A stretch of DNA of 64,000 nucleotides from an uncultured Ruminococcus sp. GTDB lineage: Bacteria > Bacillota > Clostridia > Oscillospirales > CAG-272. The first letter of the stretch is position 1, and each line of letters opens with the position of its first letter. Below, in pieces: positions 39,710-50,570 of the stretch. Location: the NCBI GenBank assembly GCA_964384555.1, contig CAYLLA010000001.1, positions 73,710 through 137,709 of the forward strand, read 5' to 3'. Position numbers and translations under genes: made by a program. A model generated the notes under the pieces. It had not been told where the DNA came from. It did no database searches and worked only from the letters and a program-made list of their open reading frames with translations.

Positions 39710-40695
39710 TACTTCGCCGCTTTTGTTATATCGGCATCGGGGAGCGCACCGCCGACCGATTTAGGATCAAGCTTAAAGAGCGCATCCCAAAAGCCGTTTA
39801 GCGCGGTGGCCATCTCGTCACCGGTGAGATAGGTTATATTGCATCTGGGCAGAGCGGCCTTTGCGGCGGCCGCGGCACCGGCAAGACCTGCCTCGGCTAT
39901 CATCTCGGCAGCGCTGTCGGGATCAGAATTTACAAGCTCAACGGATGCCTTGTATTCCTTAAGAAACTGCTCAACAACTGCGGGATGCTCCTCGAGGAAG
40001 GCAGTGCGAACGATGATACAGCCCTGAACGAGGGGAGCGGTGGTCTGCTGTTTCCATTCCTCGGTGAAATCAAGAGCCACACGGAGAGTGTCCTTTTTGG
40101 AGATCACTGCCGTCACCTTGGGCTCGGGCAGAACGCCAAGTGCTGCTTTTCCGGAGGCAAGAGCCGTTGCCAGCTCATCGGGGGAGGAATAGGTGTAGTC
40201 AAAGGTTACGTTTTCAACGCCCGCGCCCTCAACGAGAGCACGCAGGATGAATTCGGGGTTCGAGCCCTGACCCGGCAGATACACCGTCTTTCCCGCAAGA
40301 TCCGCAAGGCTGTTTACGCTGTTTCCGTCCTCAATGAGATAAAGCACGCCAAGGGTGTTTACGGCCAGCACGCGGATACCGCCGGATGTCTTGTTGTAAA
40401 GCACTGCGGCAAGGTTTGTGGGGACGGCGGCGATATCGGCATCACCGTTTATCATAAGCGGGCTGACAAGTGTGGCATCTGAATAGATGTCGATCTTTGC
40501 ATTAAGCTTGGACTCGCCTGCGTTTACGCTTGAGATCAGCGGTGCGGCGCCCCATCCGGTAGTGCCGCTGAGCACGGCAACGCGAAGCTCGGTGTTATCC
40601 TTTTTTGCACAGGATGGCAAAAGCAATGCCGAGAGGATGAGGAGCGCGGCCAAAGCTGCGGAGAGAAGTTTGTTTTTGATAATTGTTCTTTTCAT
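39709..40695 (-). CDS. NitT/TauT-family substrate-binding lipoprotein
   Basis: Lipobox LPSC, DIAAVPTNLA..LYNK, NTLGVLY, LPEP, SVGGALPD. Confidence 0.85.
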   Translation of the reverse strand: MKRTIIKNKLLSAALAALLILSALLLPSCAKKDNTELRVAVLSGTTGWGAAPLISSVNAGESKLNAKIDIYSDATLVSPLMINGDADIAAVPTNLAAVLYNKTSGGIRVLAVNTLGVLYLIEDGNSVNSLADLAGKTVYLPGQGSNPEFILRALVEGAGVENVTFDYTYSSPDELATALASGKAALGVLPEPKVTAVISKKDTLRVALDFTEEWKQQTTAPLVQGCIIVRTAFLEEHPAVVEQFLKEYKASVELVNSDPDSAAEMIAEAGLAGAAAAAKAALPRCNITYLTGDEMATALNGFWDALFKLDPKSVGGALPDADITKAAK

Positions 40696-40804
40696 AATGA
40701 TCTTCCTTTGCATTGATTTATTTTATATTGTTTTTTACATTAAAAATTAAAAACGGTATTGATCGAGACCGTTTCGGTCGGTCGCTGTGATGGTCTCAGC
40801 TCCG

Positions 40805-41539
40805 TTAACATGCCGTGGCCGCCATGGCGGAAAGCAGGTCACGGTCGATCGTGATACTGCGCCCGGGCTCTCTTTTGATAGCCCCCGCCGCCTCAAGCGA
40901 ATCGAGCGCACGGTAAAGGGAGGCGCGGCCAATATCAAGCTGACGTGCCAGCTCTGTGTAGCTTACGCCAAGCTGCAGGGTAGTATTCCTGCCGTGCGGG
41001 ATGTCACCGCCGTTGTCGCCGTCATCCGCAAGCGTCAACAGGTGAACGGCCAACCGCCGCTCGGCACTGCCGCCTGTGACGCAGGCTATCTTTTCGTTTA
41101 AAAAAAGTATCCTGCCGGAGAGAAATTCAAGGTAAGCATCAAGCAGAGTGGGGTCTGCGGCAAGCATTGCGCGTACCGCATGGCGGGGGAGCGTCAGCAC
41201 CGCGCAGGGCTGATCTGCAATTATCCGCGTGGGGGGCGGTGCGGTGGAGAACAACGCCGCAACTCCGTACACGCCGCCGCGCCCGAGACGGCGCAAAAGG
41301 ACCGAGTGTACAGTGTCCGCCGAATATACCGATGCCGTTCCACTGTATATTATACCGATCGCCGCGCCGGAGTGGACATCGGGCGATATCAGCACATCCC
41401 CCGCGGCGTGCTCCGTAAGCGTAACACTGCCGCCGGTGCTTTTTATAAAGTTTTTTGTATCCATGCCGGCGAATATCGTGCAGCATCCCGAAATAAAATC
41501 AAATGCCGCCGCGGCATCTATCGTTTTTGTTTTTGCCAT
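40805..41539 (-). CDS. Crp/Fnr family transcriptional regulator
   Basis: cNMP-like beta-barrel; C-terminal HTH SYTELARQLDIGRASLYRAL. Confidence 0.88.
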   Translation of the reverse strand: MAKTKTIDAAAAFDFISGCCTIFAGMDTKNFIKSTGGSVTLTEHAAGDVLISPDVHSGAAIGIIYSGTASVYSADTVHSVLLRRLGRGGVYGVAALFSTAPPPTRIIADQPCAVLTLPRHAVRAMLAADPTLLDAYLEFLSGRILFLNEKIACVTGGSAERRLAVHLLTLADDGDNGGDIPHGRNTTLQLGVSYTELARQLDIGRASLYRALDSLEAAGAIKREPGRSITIDRDLLSAMAATAC

Positions 41540-41915
41540 AGCGCACCTCGTGTCTCAAATGATACAAATTTGCGGCCTGTAGTATTATATCACGCCGCCG
41601 CTCGTATGTCAATAGCTATTTTGCCGATATTGCATTTTGTTAATTGTAAATAAAATGTAAACAATGCGAAGAGTTCAAACATGTGAGGGCGATTTAGTAT
41701 TATAATAATAGAGCGTATGACTATTTGCACGTTTTTTCGACGTGCGGGCAGTCAGCCGAGCGCCCGCCGCCGCTCCATCTATAATAAACTATGATAAAGC
41801 GGCAAACGGCGGTCATCAAATGTGACATCCAAATAAAAAAGATTCGCAACTACCGAAATTCGCAACTGCCAAAATAAATTTCAGATCAAATTATTTAATT
41901 GCGGAGGATTCCATA

Positions 41916-42836
41916 ATGACACTTTTGATTCTTGCGGCGGGACTTGGTTCTCGCTACGGAGGAATGAAGCAGATCGATCCCATAGGCCCGGAGGGAGAGT
42001 TTATAATAGACTACTCCTGCTACGATGCCGCGCGCGCCGGCTTTGACCGAGTAGTGTTCGTTATAAAGCGCGAAAATCTTGATGATTTTCGTGAGACGGT
42101 CGGTCGCCGTGTGAGCCGATACATAAAAGTTGAATATGCATTTCAGGATATGGCGGATCTGCCTGCCGGTATATCCGTGCCGGAGGGCAGAACAAAGCCG
42201 TGGGGAACTGCCCACGCACTCTACGCCGCCAGAAATATCGTTGACGATTGCTTTGCCGTTATAAATGCGGATGATTTTTACGGCAGAGAGACTATAGCCG
42301 CCGCGGCCGCACATCTTCGCGCCGCCGAGGAGCGCGGGCATAAAAACGAGCATGGCAGATTTGATTGCTGTATGGTTGGTTTTGTGCTTGCCAATACGCT
42401 GACGGAGAACGGCACCGTCTCCCGCGGTATATGCAGTGTGGAGGGTGGCCGCCTTTCAAGCATTATCGAGCGCACGGCCATCCGCCGCGCCGACGGAGGA
42501 GATGCGGCCGAGTATTGCGAGGGTGATACATGGTACCCACTGCCGCTTGAGTCTGTAGCATCCATGAACTGCTTCGGTCTTGTGCCGGAGGTGTTCGGAT
42601 ATATCGAAAAATACTTCAGGGAGTTCCTGCTCAATATGCCGGACCCGCAAAGATCCGAGTTCTATCTGCCCTTTGCGCTTAACAGCTTGGCACAGGACGG
42701 TATCATAGATATCTCGGTGGAGATGACACCCTCCAAGTGGTACGGCGTGACCTACGCGGCGGATAAAGAACCCGTGGTGCGCAGTATCCGCGCACTTATC
42801 GAGGCGGGAGTATACCCGTCTCCGCTCGTTCTGTGA
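41916..42836 (+). CDS. Sugar-phosphate nucleotidyltransferase
   Basis: LAAGLGSRYGGMKQ, RTKPWGTAHA, INADDFYG, EFYLP, WYGVTY. Confidence 0.88.
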   Translation: MTLLILAAGLGSRYGGMKQIDPIGPEGEFIIDYSCYDAARAGFDRVVFVIKRENLDDFRETVGRRVSRYIKVEYAFQDMADLPAGISVPEGRTKPWGTAHALYAARNIVDDCFAVINADDFYGRETIAAAAAHLRAAEERGHKNEHGRFDCCMVGFVLANTLTENGTVSRGICSVEGGRLSSIIERTAIRRADGGDAAEYCEGDTWYPLPLESVASMNCFGLVPEVFGYIEKYFREFLLNMPDPQRSEFYLPFALNSLAQDGIIDISVEMTPSKWYGVTYAADKEPVVRSIRALIEAGVYPSPLVL

Positions 42837-42903
42837 TCGAGCACCCGCGATAAAAAAAGTCTTATAATTGACCGAAAAAATATAATATCAAGGAGACATC
42901 TTT

Positions 42904-43989
42904 ATGACAGATATTCTTGCAGTTGCCGCAAAATTCAAGCTGGCATCAAAGCCCGTGTCCTTTACCGAATGCACACATGGGCATATAAATGGTACATTTT
43001 TTATCGATACAGAAGGTGGTGGGCGGTACGTCCTGCAAAAGATAAACACATCCATCTTCCGCGACCCGGATGGTCTTATGCGCAATATCCTCGGCGTTAC
43101 CGAGCATATCCGCTCAAAGCTTGCCGCCGAGGGTGGCGATGTTGAGCGCGGCACACTGCGCTTTATCGCGGCCGCGGACGGGCGTGCATACTATACCGAT
43201 GATGAGGGCGGCGCGTGGCGTGCCTATGTTTATGTGGGCGACGTTGATAGCTACCAGTCTGCCTCCTCGCCCGAAATCTTTGCGGAGGTCGGCCGCGCTT
43301 TTGGGCATTTCCAAATGCAGCTTGCCGATTATGATGCCGCAACGCTTTGCGAAACGATACCGAACTTCCATAATACCCCCAGCCGCTACGCCGACTTTGA
43401 GGCCTCGCTTGCCCGCAACGAGTCGGGGCGAGCCGCAAACGCCGCAGGTGCAATTGAATTTGCCAAGGCGCACAGAGAGGTCTGCTCCTACATCACCGAC
43501 CGTATAGAGAGCGGCCGGCTCCCCCTGCGTGTCACACATAACGATACAAAGCTCAATAATATCCTTATCGATAGGGCAAGCGGCAAGCCGCTCTGCGTTA
43601 TCGACCTTGATACCGTAATGCCGGGATCGGTGCTTTTTGACTTTGGCGATGCCATACGCTTTGGCGCATCCAGTGCCGCGGAGGACGAGCGGGATCTTGA
43701 CAGCGTTTTTATGCGCGAGGATATGTTCGAAGCGTTCGCGCGCGGCTTCATCGAGGGGCTTGAGGGCTCGCTTGAGGCCGATGAGATAGCCGAGCTGCCG
43801 ATGGGTGCGCTCGTTATCACGCTTGAGACAGGCCTGCGTTTCCTCGCCGATTATATCGACGGTGATAAATATTTCAGAACGCACTATCCGGAGCAAAACC
43901 TCGATCGTGCCCGCAACCAGTTTAAGCTGGTGGCGGATATGGAGGCCAAAATGCCCGCCATGCGCGAAACGGTGCGGAAGTATCTTTGA
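42904..43989 (+). CDS. Anomeric sugar kinase, N-acetylhexosamine 1-kinase (NahK)/APH fold
   Basis: GHINGT, LQKIN, ETIPNFH, RVTHNDTKLNN, VIDLDTVMPG, DFGDAIR, GDKYF. Confidence 0.85.
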   Translation: MTDILAVAAKFKLASKPVSFTECTHGHINGTFFIDTEGGGRYVLQKINTSIFRDPDGLMRNILGVTEHIRSKLAAEGGDVERGTLRFIAAADGRAYYTDDEGGAWRAYVYVGDVDSYQSASSPEIFAEVGRAFGHFQMQLADYDAATLCETIPNFHNTPSRYADFEASLARNESGRAANAAGAIEFAKAHREVCSYITDRIESGRLPLRVTHNDTKLNNILIDRASGKPLCVIDLDTVMPGSVLFDFGDAIRFGASSAAEDERDLDSVFMREDMFEAFARGFIEGLEGSLEADEIAELPMGALVITLETGLRFLADYIDGDKYFRTHYPEQNLDRARNQFKLVADMEAKMPAMRETVRKYL

Positions 43990-44108
43990 TCACTTTTATC
44001 ATTGATACTGCCCTCGGAAATATCCCCAAAAACCAATCCAAACCCAAACATTTAAAGTTGATTTCATTATCAATACAATTCTAAGCAAAATCGGGAGATA
44101 AAATTAAA

Positions 44109-45125
44109 ATGACTGTTCTTGTTACCGGCGGTGCCGGATTTATTGGATCACACACGGTGGTTGAGCTGCTTTGCGGTGGCTATGATGTTGTTGTAGTGGA
44201 TAATTACTCTAACAGCAAGCCCTGCGTTAACGACCGCATAAAGCAGATAACCGGTCGCGAGCATCGCTTTTATGAATGCGATATGTGCGATGCGGCGGCA
44301 CTTGATGCTGTTTTTGATGCCGAACCGAATATTTCTGCCGTGATCCACTTTGCGGGACTTAAAGCGGTGGGCGAATCGGTCGCAAAGCCGGCGCTCTACT
44401 ACAAAAATAATCTTTTGTCTACGCTCAACCTTTTGGCATCCATGAAGTCGCACGGTGTGGGAACTATCGTTTTCTCCTCCTCCGCCACAGTGTATGGCAG
44501 CCCCAAAACAGTGCCGATCCGCGAGGATTTTCCCCTTTCCACCACCAATCCCTACGGCGAGACAAAGCTCATGATCGAGCGTATACTTGACGATTGCCGC
44601 CGCGCGGGGGATGTCAGCAGTGTATCTATCCTCAGATACTTCAACCCCATCGGCGCACATGAGAGCGGCCTCATCGGCGAGGATCCCAAGGGCATCCCCA
44701 ACAATCTTTTGCCCTATATCTCTCAAGTTGCGGTCGGTAAACTGCGCGAGCTGAGTGTGTACGGCGATGATTATCCTACACATGACGGCACAGGTGTGCG
44801 CGATTATATCCATGTAGTCGATCTTGCCCGCGCTCATCTTAAGGCAATAGAGCGCGCCGTAAAGGTGAACCGCACCGAGTATTATAACATCGGCACGGGT
44901 GTCGGATACTCCGTTCTTGATATCGTTAAGGCGTACGAAAAGGCAACGGGTCTCCACGTCCCCTACAAGATCGTAGATCGCCGCCCCGGCGATATTGCGG
45001 CCTGCTATGCCGATCCCACCTTGGCCGCCGAAAAACTCGACTGGCATGCCGAATATGATATCGAGCGTATGTGCCGCGATGCCAGCCGCTGGCAGAGCAT
45101 GAACCCCAACGGCTACGAGGAGTGA
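44109..45125 (+). CDS. galE: UDP-glucose 4-epimerase
   Basis: TGGAGFIGSH, HFAGLKAVGES, FSSSATVYG, PYGETK, LRYFNP, RDYIHV. Confidence 0.96.
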   Translation: MTVLVTGGAGFIGSHTVVELLCGGYDVVVVDNYSNSKPCVNDRIKQITGREHRFYECDMCDAAALDAVFDAEPNISAVIHFAGLKAVGESVAKPALYYKNNLLSTLNLLASMKSHGVGTIVFSSSATVYGSPKTVPIREDFPLSTTNPYGETKLMIERILDDCRRAGDVSSVSILRYFNPIGAHESGLIGEDPKGIPNNLLPYISQVAVGKLRELSVYGDDYPTHDGTGVRDYIHVVDLARAHLKAIERAVKVNRTEYYNIGTGVGYSVLDIVKAYEKATGLHVPYKIVDRRPGDIAACYADPTLAAEKLDWHAEYDIERMCRDASRWQSMNPNGYEE

Positions 45126-45270
45126 TAGGTATCCCTCTCGCGTGCATTACCAGGTCGTACAATAAAGCATCGATCGGCATGACCAAAAGTATTTTTCATT
45201 TTCACAAAAGCAAACAGTAAGTCCCACCCCAAAATATCAAACAAAAACGCAAAGGAAAGCGAGGCAGGCA

Positions 45271-46329
45271 ATGTCAGAAATCACATCCCGTCCCTTTGGG
45301 ACACTGCCGGACGGCAGAACAGTAACCGAATACACACTTACCCGCGGTGCGCTGAGCGTAAAGATACTTGATCTCGGTGCCACGGTTGCGGATATCATAC
45401 TCACGCGAGAGGGCGGTCAGCCCATAAGCCTTGCGCGCGGATACGATTCGCTTGAGAGCTATATGGGAGCCGATGGCTACCTTGGCGCAGTTGTGGGACG
45501 TGTAGGCAACAGAATAGCAGGCGGCCGCTTCCGTCTTGACGGCAAGACCTACACACTTTACAAAAACGATGGTGAAAACCATCTGCACGGCGGTAAATGC
45601 GGCTTTGATAAAAAGCTGTGGCGAGCCGAGCCTATGTGCGATGATACCCCCGAGCTTACCCTCAGCTGTATCTCGCCCGACGGTGACGAGGGCTACCCCG
45701 GCAACCTTATGGTCAGCGTGCGCTATTCAATAACTGCACGCGGTGGCCTGCGCCTTGAGTATACAGCCTTTACCGATACACCAACTCCGATAAACCTTAC
45801 CAACCATACATACTTTAATCTCAACGGAGAGGGCGATATCCTCTCGCACACGCTTTGGATGCAGGCGGACAGATATCTGCCTACCGATGAGGGACTTATC
45901 CCCACAGGCATGCTCAAGAGCGTTAAGGATACACCCTTTGACTTTAGAGAGGGTAAGCAGATAGGTACCGATCTTGATCTTTCGGATCGTGACCTCGGCC
46001 TTGCCGGCGGATATGACCATTGCATGCTCTTTACACGCACCGAGGATGTCGAGCATGATGCCCGCATACGCCTTTGCGGCGACCGCAGCGGAGTTGTGAT
46101 GGAGGTGTTTACCGACCGTCCCGGTGTTCAGCTCTACACCGGCAATTTCCTTGGAAATATCAAATTCCCCTTCCGCGGCGGTGAGGAGCAGCAAAAGCGT
46201 GCCGCACTTTGCCTTGAGACAGAGGCGATACCGGATGCAGTAAACCGCCCGCACCTCAACACCATATCAAATACCGTGCTGCGCCCGGGCGATATATTCA
46301 AGAGCTTTACAGAGTATGTCTTCTCATAA
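45271..46329 (+). CDS. galM: Aldose 1-epimerase
   Basis: GRVGNRI, HLHGG, GYPGN, NLTNHTYFNL, GYDH, QLYTGN, CLET. Confidence 0.93.
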   Translation: MSEITSRPFGTLPDGRTVTEYTLTRGALSVKILDLGATVADIILTREGGQPISLARGYDSLESYMGADGYLGAVVGRVGNRIAGGRFRLDGKTYTLYKNDGENHLHGGKCGFDKKLWRAEPMCDDTPELTLSCISPDGDEGYPGNLMVSVRYSITARGGLRLEYTAFTDTPTPINLTNHTYFNLNGEGDILSHTLWMQADRYLPTDEGLIPTGMLKSVKDTPFDFREGKQIGTDLDLSDRDLGLAGGYDHCMLFTRTEDVEHDARIRLCGDRSGVVMEVFTDRPGVQLYTGNFLGNIKFPFRGGEEQQKRAALCLETEAIPDAVNRPHLNTISNTVLRPGDIFKSFTEYVFS

Positions 46330-47065
46330 TAGTTTAAAAAACGCAGGCTCAAATCATAAAAAAACACTCGCACCGCGCAGGACGGCCGCCATCATCATGA
46401 CGGCGGTCGTCCTGCTTTGCGGAGTCATGGCGGTGGCGGACGGCGTGCTTGAGCTTTCCTATGTTCCCAAGAGCGCCGTAAAGCTTGCAGCGTTTGTTGC
46501 GATCCCGCTTGTTTTGGCTTACACGCTCGGAATCGACCTGCCGCGCACCGCATTTACCCTGCCGCAGAGAGAGGATGGAACCGCCAAGCGTGTGTTTATC
46601 TTTTCGCTTTGCGGCGGCGCATTGCTCTTTGCGGGCATAGTCGGCGGGTATTTCCTTTTGCGCGGAGTTTTTGATTTTTCCGGCGTGACGGACAGCCTGC
46701 TTGACGGCGAGGGCGTCACGCGTGAGAATTTCCCGCTCGTGGCTCTTTATATAACGCTTTGCAATTCTATGGTCGAGGAGCTTTTCTTCCGCGGCTTTGC
46801 TTATCTTGCGCTCTCGCGCGTTGCCGGTGAGCGGGTGGCGTGCATCTTCAGTGCCGCCGCGTTCTCGCTCTATCATGTTGCAATACTTGACGGATGGTTC
46901 TCGCCGCTCCTTACGGCTCTTATGCTGTTAGGGCTTTTTGTCGGTGGCGTGATATTTGATATCCTCGCCGCACGCGGGCGTAGCGTTATCCCATCATGGC
47001 TCTTTCATATGGCCGCAAATCTCGGAATAAACACAGTAGGTCTCATCCTTTTCGGTATTCTTTAA
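46316..47065 (+). CDS. CPBP (Abi/CAAX) intramembrane protease
   Basis: EELFFRG, FSLYH, H...N motifs; start codon uncertain. Confidence 0.85.
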   Translation: MSSHNSLKNAGSNHKKTLAPRRTAAIIMTAVVLLCGVMAVADGVLELSYVPKSAVKLAAFVAIPLVLAYTLGIDLPRTAFTLPQREDGTAKRVFIFSLCGGALLFAGIVGGYFLLRGVFDFSGVTDSLLDGEGVTRENFPLVALYITLCNSMVEELFFRGFAYLALSRVAGERVACIFSAAAFSLYHVAILDGWFSPLLTALMLLGLFVGGVIFDILAARGRSVIPSWLFHMAANLGINTVGLILFGIL

Positions 47066-47172
47066 AACGCCGACCGTGATGATCCGTGCAAAGTCGGCAC
47101 CGGTCCTACAGTAATAATTATCACATCCCCCTCATAAGGTTTTTTGAGATCCATTATGAGGGGGAGCTTTTT

Positions 47173-48438
47173 ATGATATCTTTTTGTGCAGATCGGGTAG
47201 GCAGAGCCATCGGTAAGGTCAAACGATGGCTCGCAATTGCGCTTGTCGCTGTGATCGTCGGGTCAATGGGGCGGGTGGCGCTTCCCGCCGCGGCGGTGGG
47301 CAGCACGCCCGCACCAAGCATCGGCGGAAACGGCGGGAATGGAGTGAACGGCGAGGGCAGTGCGGCGGAGCTGGGGCTTGATTGCCGCTCCGCAATTCTA
47401 ATGGAAGCGGAAACAGGTACAGTGCTTTTTGAAATGAACGCAGATGATGCATTACCGCCCGCATCCGTGACAAAAATAATGACACTGTTGCTCGTCATGG
47501 AGGCCATCGAGCGCGGTACTCTTGACTTTGACACGGTGCTTGAGACCTCAACGCACGCATCAAAGATGGGCGGCTCGCAGATATTCCTCAAGGAGGGCGA
47601 GCGTATGACGGTGGACGATCTTTTAAAGTCGGTGGTGATATCCTCCGCCAATGATGCGGCGGTGGTGCTTGCCGAGGCTGTTGCGGGGAGCGAGGCGGCG
47701 TTCGTTGCGGCAATGAACCGCCGTGCCGCCGAGCTTGGTATGCGCACCGCTCACTTTGAAAATACAAACGGTCTTGATGATACCGTGGAGTGGCATGTCC
47801 TGTCGGCGCGCGATATTGCCATTATGTCACGCGAGCTGATGCAGCATGAAAGAATACTCAAATACAGCTCAACATGGATGGATTCTGTCAGGGACGGCAC
47901 GTTTGGGCTTACCAATACAAACAGGCTCATCCGCTTTTACCGCGGAGCCACAGGGCTTAAGACCGGCTCTACCTCAAAGGCGGGCTTTTGTATGAGCGCA
48001 ACAGCCGAGCGGGACGGTGTCTCGTTGATCGCCGTTATAATGGCCGCGCCGAGCCGCGATGTCAGAAACAGCTCTGCCGCCGCACTGCTTGATTACGGCT
48101 TTGCAAATTACGGCGTGTACAGATACCCGGCAGGAGCGGGGGAGAATGTAACGGTCAGCGGCGGTAATATCGACAGCGTGGGAACGGAGGAGGACGGTAT
48201 AGCTATTATCGTCAAAAAGGGCAGGGAGGCGGATGTTACCGTTGTGCGGGATCTTGCGGAGAGTGTAGCCGCCCCGATAGCGGCGGGAGATGTTGTCGGC
48301 AAGCTCACCTTCACACTTGACGGCCAGCCGCTCGGCGAGTGTCGGATCACTGCCGCAGACACGGTCGCGCGAATAACACTGAGTGAGCTTTGGCGGCGCA
48401 TGCTTTGCAGATTTTTTATGCTAAATGATGGCAGATAG
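47173..48438 (+). CDS. dacF: D-alanyl-D-alanine carboxypeptidase, DacF-like
   Basis: ASVTK, SAN, KTG motifs; MGGSQIFL, LTNTNRL. Confidence 0.8.
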   Translation: MISFCADRVGRAIGKVKRWLAIALVAVIVGSMGRVALPAAAVGSTPAPSIGGNGGNGVNGEGSAAELGLDCRSAILMEAETGTVLFEMNADDALPPASVTKIMTLLLVMEAIERGTLDFDTVLETSTHASKMGGSQIFLKEGERMTVDDLLKSVVISSANDAAVVLAEAVAGSEAAFVAAMNRRAAELGMRTAHFENTNGLDDTVEWHVLSARDIAIMSRELMQHERILKYSSTWMDSVRDGTFGLTNTNRLIRFYRGATGLKTGSTSKAGFCMSATAERDGVSLIAVIMAAPSRDVRNSSAAALLDYGFANYGVYRYPAGAGENVTVSGGNIDSVGTEEDGIAIIVKKGREADVTVVRDLAESVAAPIAAGDVVGKLTFTLDGQPLGECRITAADTVARITLSELWRRMLCRFFMLNDGR

Positions 48439-48502
48439 CTCTCACTTTAGTCGATGGATAAAAAATAAAAGCTCAATTTGAGCAAAAAAGCCGCAAAGGG
48501 TG

Positions 48503-48531
48503 TTGAAAAAAAGTTGATTTGGTGATAGAAT
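48503..48531 (+). promoter_or_regulatory. SigA promoter for pgi
   Basis: TTGAAA-17-TAGAAT with TG extended -10. Confidence 0.65.
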
Positions 48532-48592
48532 ATACATTGAAATTTTTTGATTATCTTGTTTTGAGATAAAACAGGAAAGGTGTGCAAAAATC

Positions 48593-49930
48593 ATGACTCT
48601 TAATCTCAGCGAAAAATTTGTATCTTCTTTTGTATCCCGCGATGAGCTTGAGGCTATACGCCCCGAGGTCGCGGCGGCCGACAGCGCATTGCGCAGCGGC
48701 ACAGGCGCCGGCTCCGAGATGCTTGGATGGCTCGACCTGCCCGAGGCTTACGACCGCGATGAGTATGCAAGGATAAAGTCCGCCGCAGAGCGCATCAAAA
48801 AGCTTTGCGATATCTTTATCGTCATCGGTATCGGCGGTTCCTACCTCGGCTCACGTGCTGTTATAGAATTTTTAAGATCCCCCCGCCACAATCGTCTTGT
48901 AAAGGATGCGCCGGAGGTCTTCTTCTCCGGTTGCAATATCAGCTCCTCCGATCTTTCCGAGCTTTTGGAGCTTTGCGAGGGCAGAGACGTTTGCATAAAC
49001 GTCATCTCCAAATCCGGTACCACCACCGAGCCGGCAGTTGCTTTCCGCGTTTTCCGTTCTCTGCTTGAGAAAAAATACGGCAAAGCAGGTGCGGCAGAGC
49101 GTATATTCGTCACCACCGACCGCGAGCGCGGTACTCTTAAGGCATTTGCAGATCGCGAGGGCTATGAGACCTTTGTCGTTCCGGACGATGTCGGCGGCAG
49201 ATATTCTGTCCTCTCCGCCGTCGGTCTTCTTCCCATTGCCGTGTCCGGCGTTGATATTGATGAGCTTATGGGCGGTGCGGCGGATGCTATGCGCGAGCTG
49301 ACCTCCTCCGATATCGACAAAAACCCCGCATATAAATACGCGGCGATCAGAAATATTCTCTATCGTCAGGGCAAAAAGCTTGAGATACTTGTGGGATACG
49401 AGCCTTATATGCTCATGTTCAACGAGTGGTGGAAGCAGCTCTTCGGCGAGAGCGAGGGTAAGGACGGTCGCGGACTTTACCCCGCATCCGTGGTTTTCTC
49501 CACAGATCTTCACTCGCTCGGCCAGTTCATTCAGGATGGCGAGCGCACCATGTTTGAGACTGTTATCGCGCTTGAGGATCAGGGCGAGGCGGTCATCATC
49601 CCCGAGGACAGCGAAAATGTTGACGGTCTCGGCTTCCTTGCCGGCAAGCCCCTCACATATGTAAACGAGACGGCAATGAAGGGCACACTGCTGGCGCATG
49701 TTGACGGCGGCGTTCCCAATATCCTCCTGACCCTCCGCGATCGTTCCGCACGCTCACTAGGCTATATGATCTACTTCTTTGAGCTTGCCTGCGCACTTTC
49801 GGGTTATCTGCTTGGTGTCAATCCCTTTAACCAGCCCGGTGTTGAGGCGTACAAAAAGAACATGTTCGCCCTGCTCGGCAAGCCCGGTTACGAGGAGATG
49901 GCGGCTGAACTTGCGGGCCGTCTTGACTGA
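48593..49930 (+). CDS. pgi: Glucose-6-phosphate isomerase
   Basis: [47 protein letters not shown]. Confidence 0.96.
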   Translation: MTLNLSEKFVSSFVSRDELEAIRPEVAAADSALRSGTGAGSEMLGWLDLPEAYDRDEYARIKSAAERIKKLCDIFIVIGIGGSYLGSRAVIEFLRSPRHNRLVKDAPEVFFSGCNISSSDLSELLELCEGRDVCINVISKSGTTTEPAVAFRVFRSLLEKKYGKAGAAERIFVTTDRERGTLKAFADREGYETFVVPDDVGGRYSVLSAVGLLPIAVSGVDIDELMGGAADAMRELTSSDIDKNPAYKYAAIRNILYRQGKKLEILVGYEPYMLMFNEWWKQLFGESEGKDGRGLYPASVVFSTDLHSLGQFIQDGERTMFETVIALEDQGEAVIIPEDSENVDGLGFLAGKPLTYVNETAMKGTLLAHVDGGVPNILLTLRDRSARSLGYMIYFFELACALSGYLLGVNPFNQPGVEAYKKNMFALLGKPGYEEMAAELAGRLD

Positions 49931-49976
49931 TAAACGATTATAACTAATAACGTATAATAAAAAGCATAAAAAGTAC

Positions 49977-50005
49977 TTGATTTTTCGGGATTTATAGTGT
50001 ATAAT
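49977..50005 (+). promoter_or_regulatory. SigA promoter
   Basis: TTGATT-17-TATAAT. Confidence 0.65.
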
Positions 50006-50162
50006 ATGATCAGTGAAGAATATTCCGAAAAAGCGGGGATGCCCCTGCTCGATACTGTATCGGGCATGGCGCACCGGCGTGAAAAAACGGGACATGTCCT
50101 AATACACTTTTTTCACGTTCTGTCGGTCCTGCCGACGGCCGAGAAAGGTAGGGTAAAACCAT

Positions 50163-50570
50163 ATGCTTAAATTACTTATTGGAGTCAAGGGCTCCGGCAA
50201 GACCAAAACACTCATCGAGATGGTAAACGAGGCAGTCGTGACAAGCGAGGGCTCTGTTGTTTGCATCGAGAAGGGCATTAAACTGCGTTATGACGTCAGC
50301 CACAAGTGCCGCCTTATCAACGTTGACGAGTATTTTGTATTTGACGCGGGCGCGCTTTACGGCTTTGTTGCGGGCATTCTTGCCAGCAACCATGACGTAA
50401 CTCACGTTTTTGTGGATTCTGCACTGCGCATATGCAACAACGATCGCGATGCGTTTGAGCGTCTCCTGCACTCGCTGGACGAGCTTGCCGACAGCCACAA
50501 GGTAAACGTCGTTATGACCTCCTCGCTCCCCGTTGAAGAGGCTGACGATACAGTAAAGAGATATATCTGA
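50163..50570 (+). CDS. Small P-loop protein of unknown function
   Basis: GVKGSGKTK Walker A, VFVD Walker-B-like. Confidence 0.8.
   Translation: MLKLLIGVKGSGKTKTLIEMVNEAVVTSEGSVVCIEKGIKLRYDVSHKCRLINVDEYFVFDAGALYGFVAGILASNHDVTHVFVDSALRICNNDRDAFERLLHSLDELADSHKVNVVMTSSLPVEEADDTVKRYI

Noticed and set aside
41637-41654. Rex operator (TTGTTAA half-site)
   Set aside because: The second half-site does not match TTAACAA
42904-43989. Aminoglycoside resistance phosphotransferase
   Set aside because: Motifs and context match NahK-like sugar kinases
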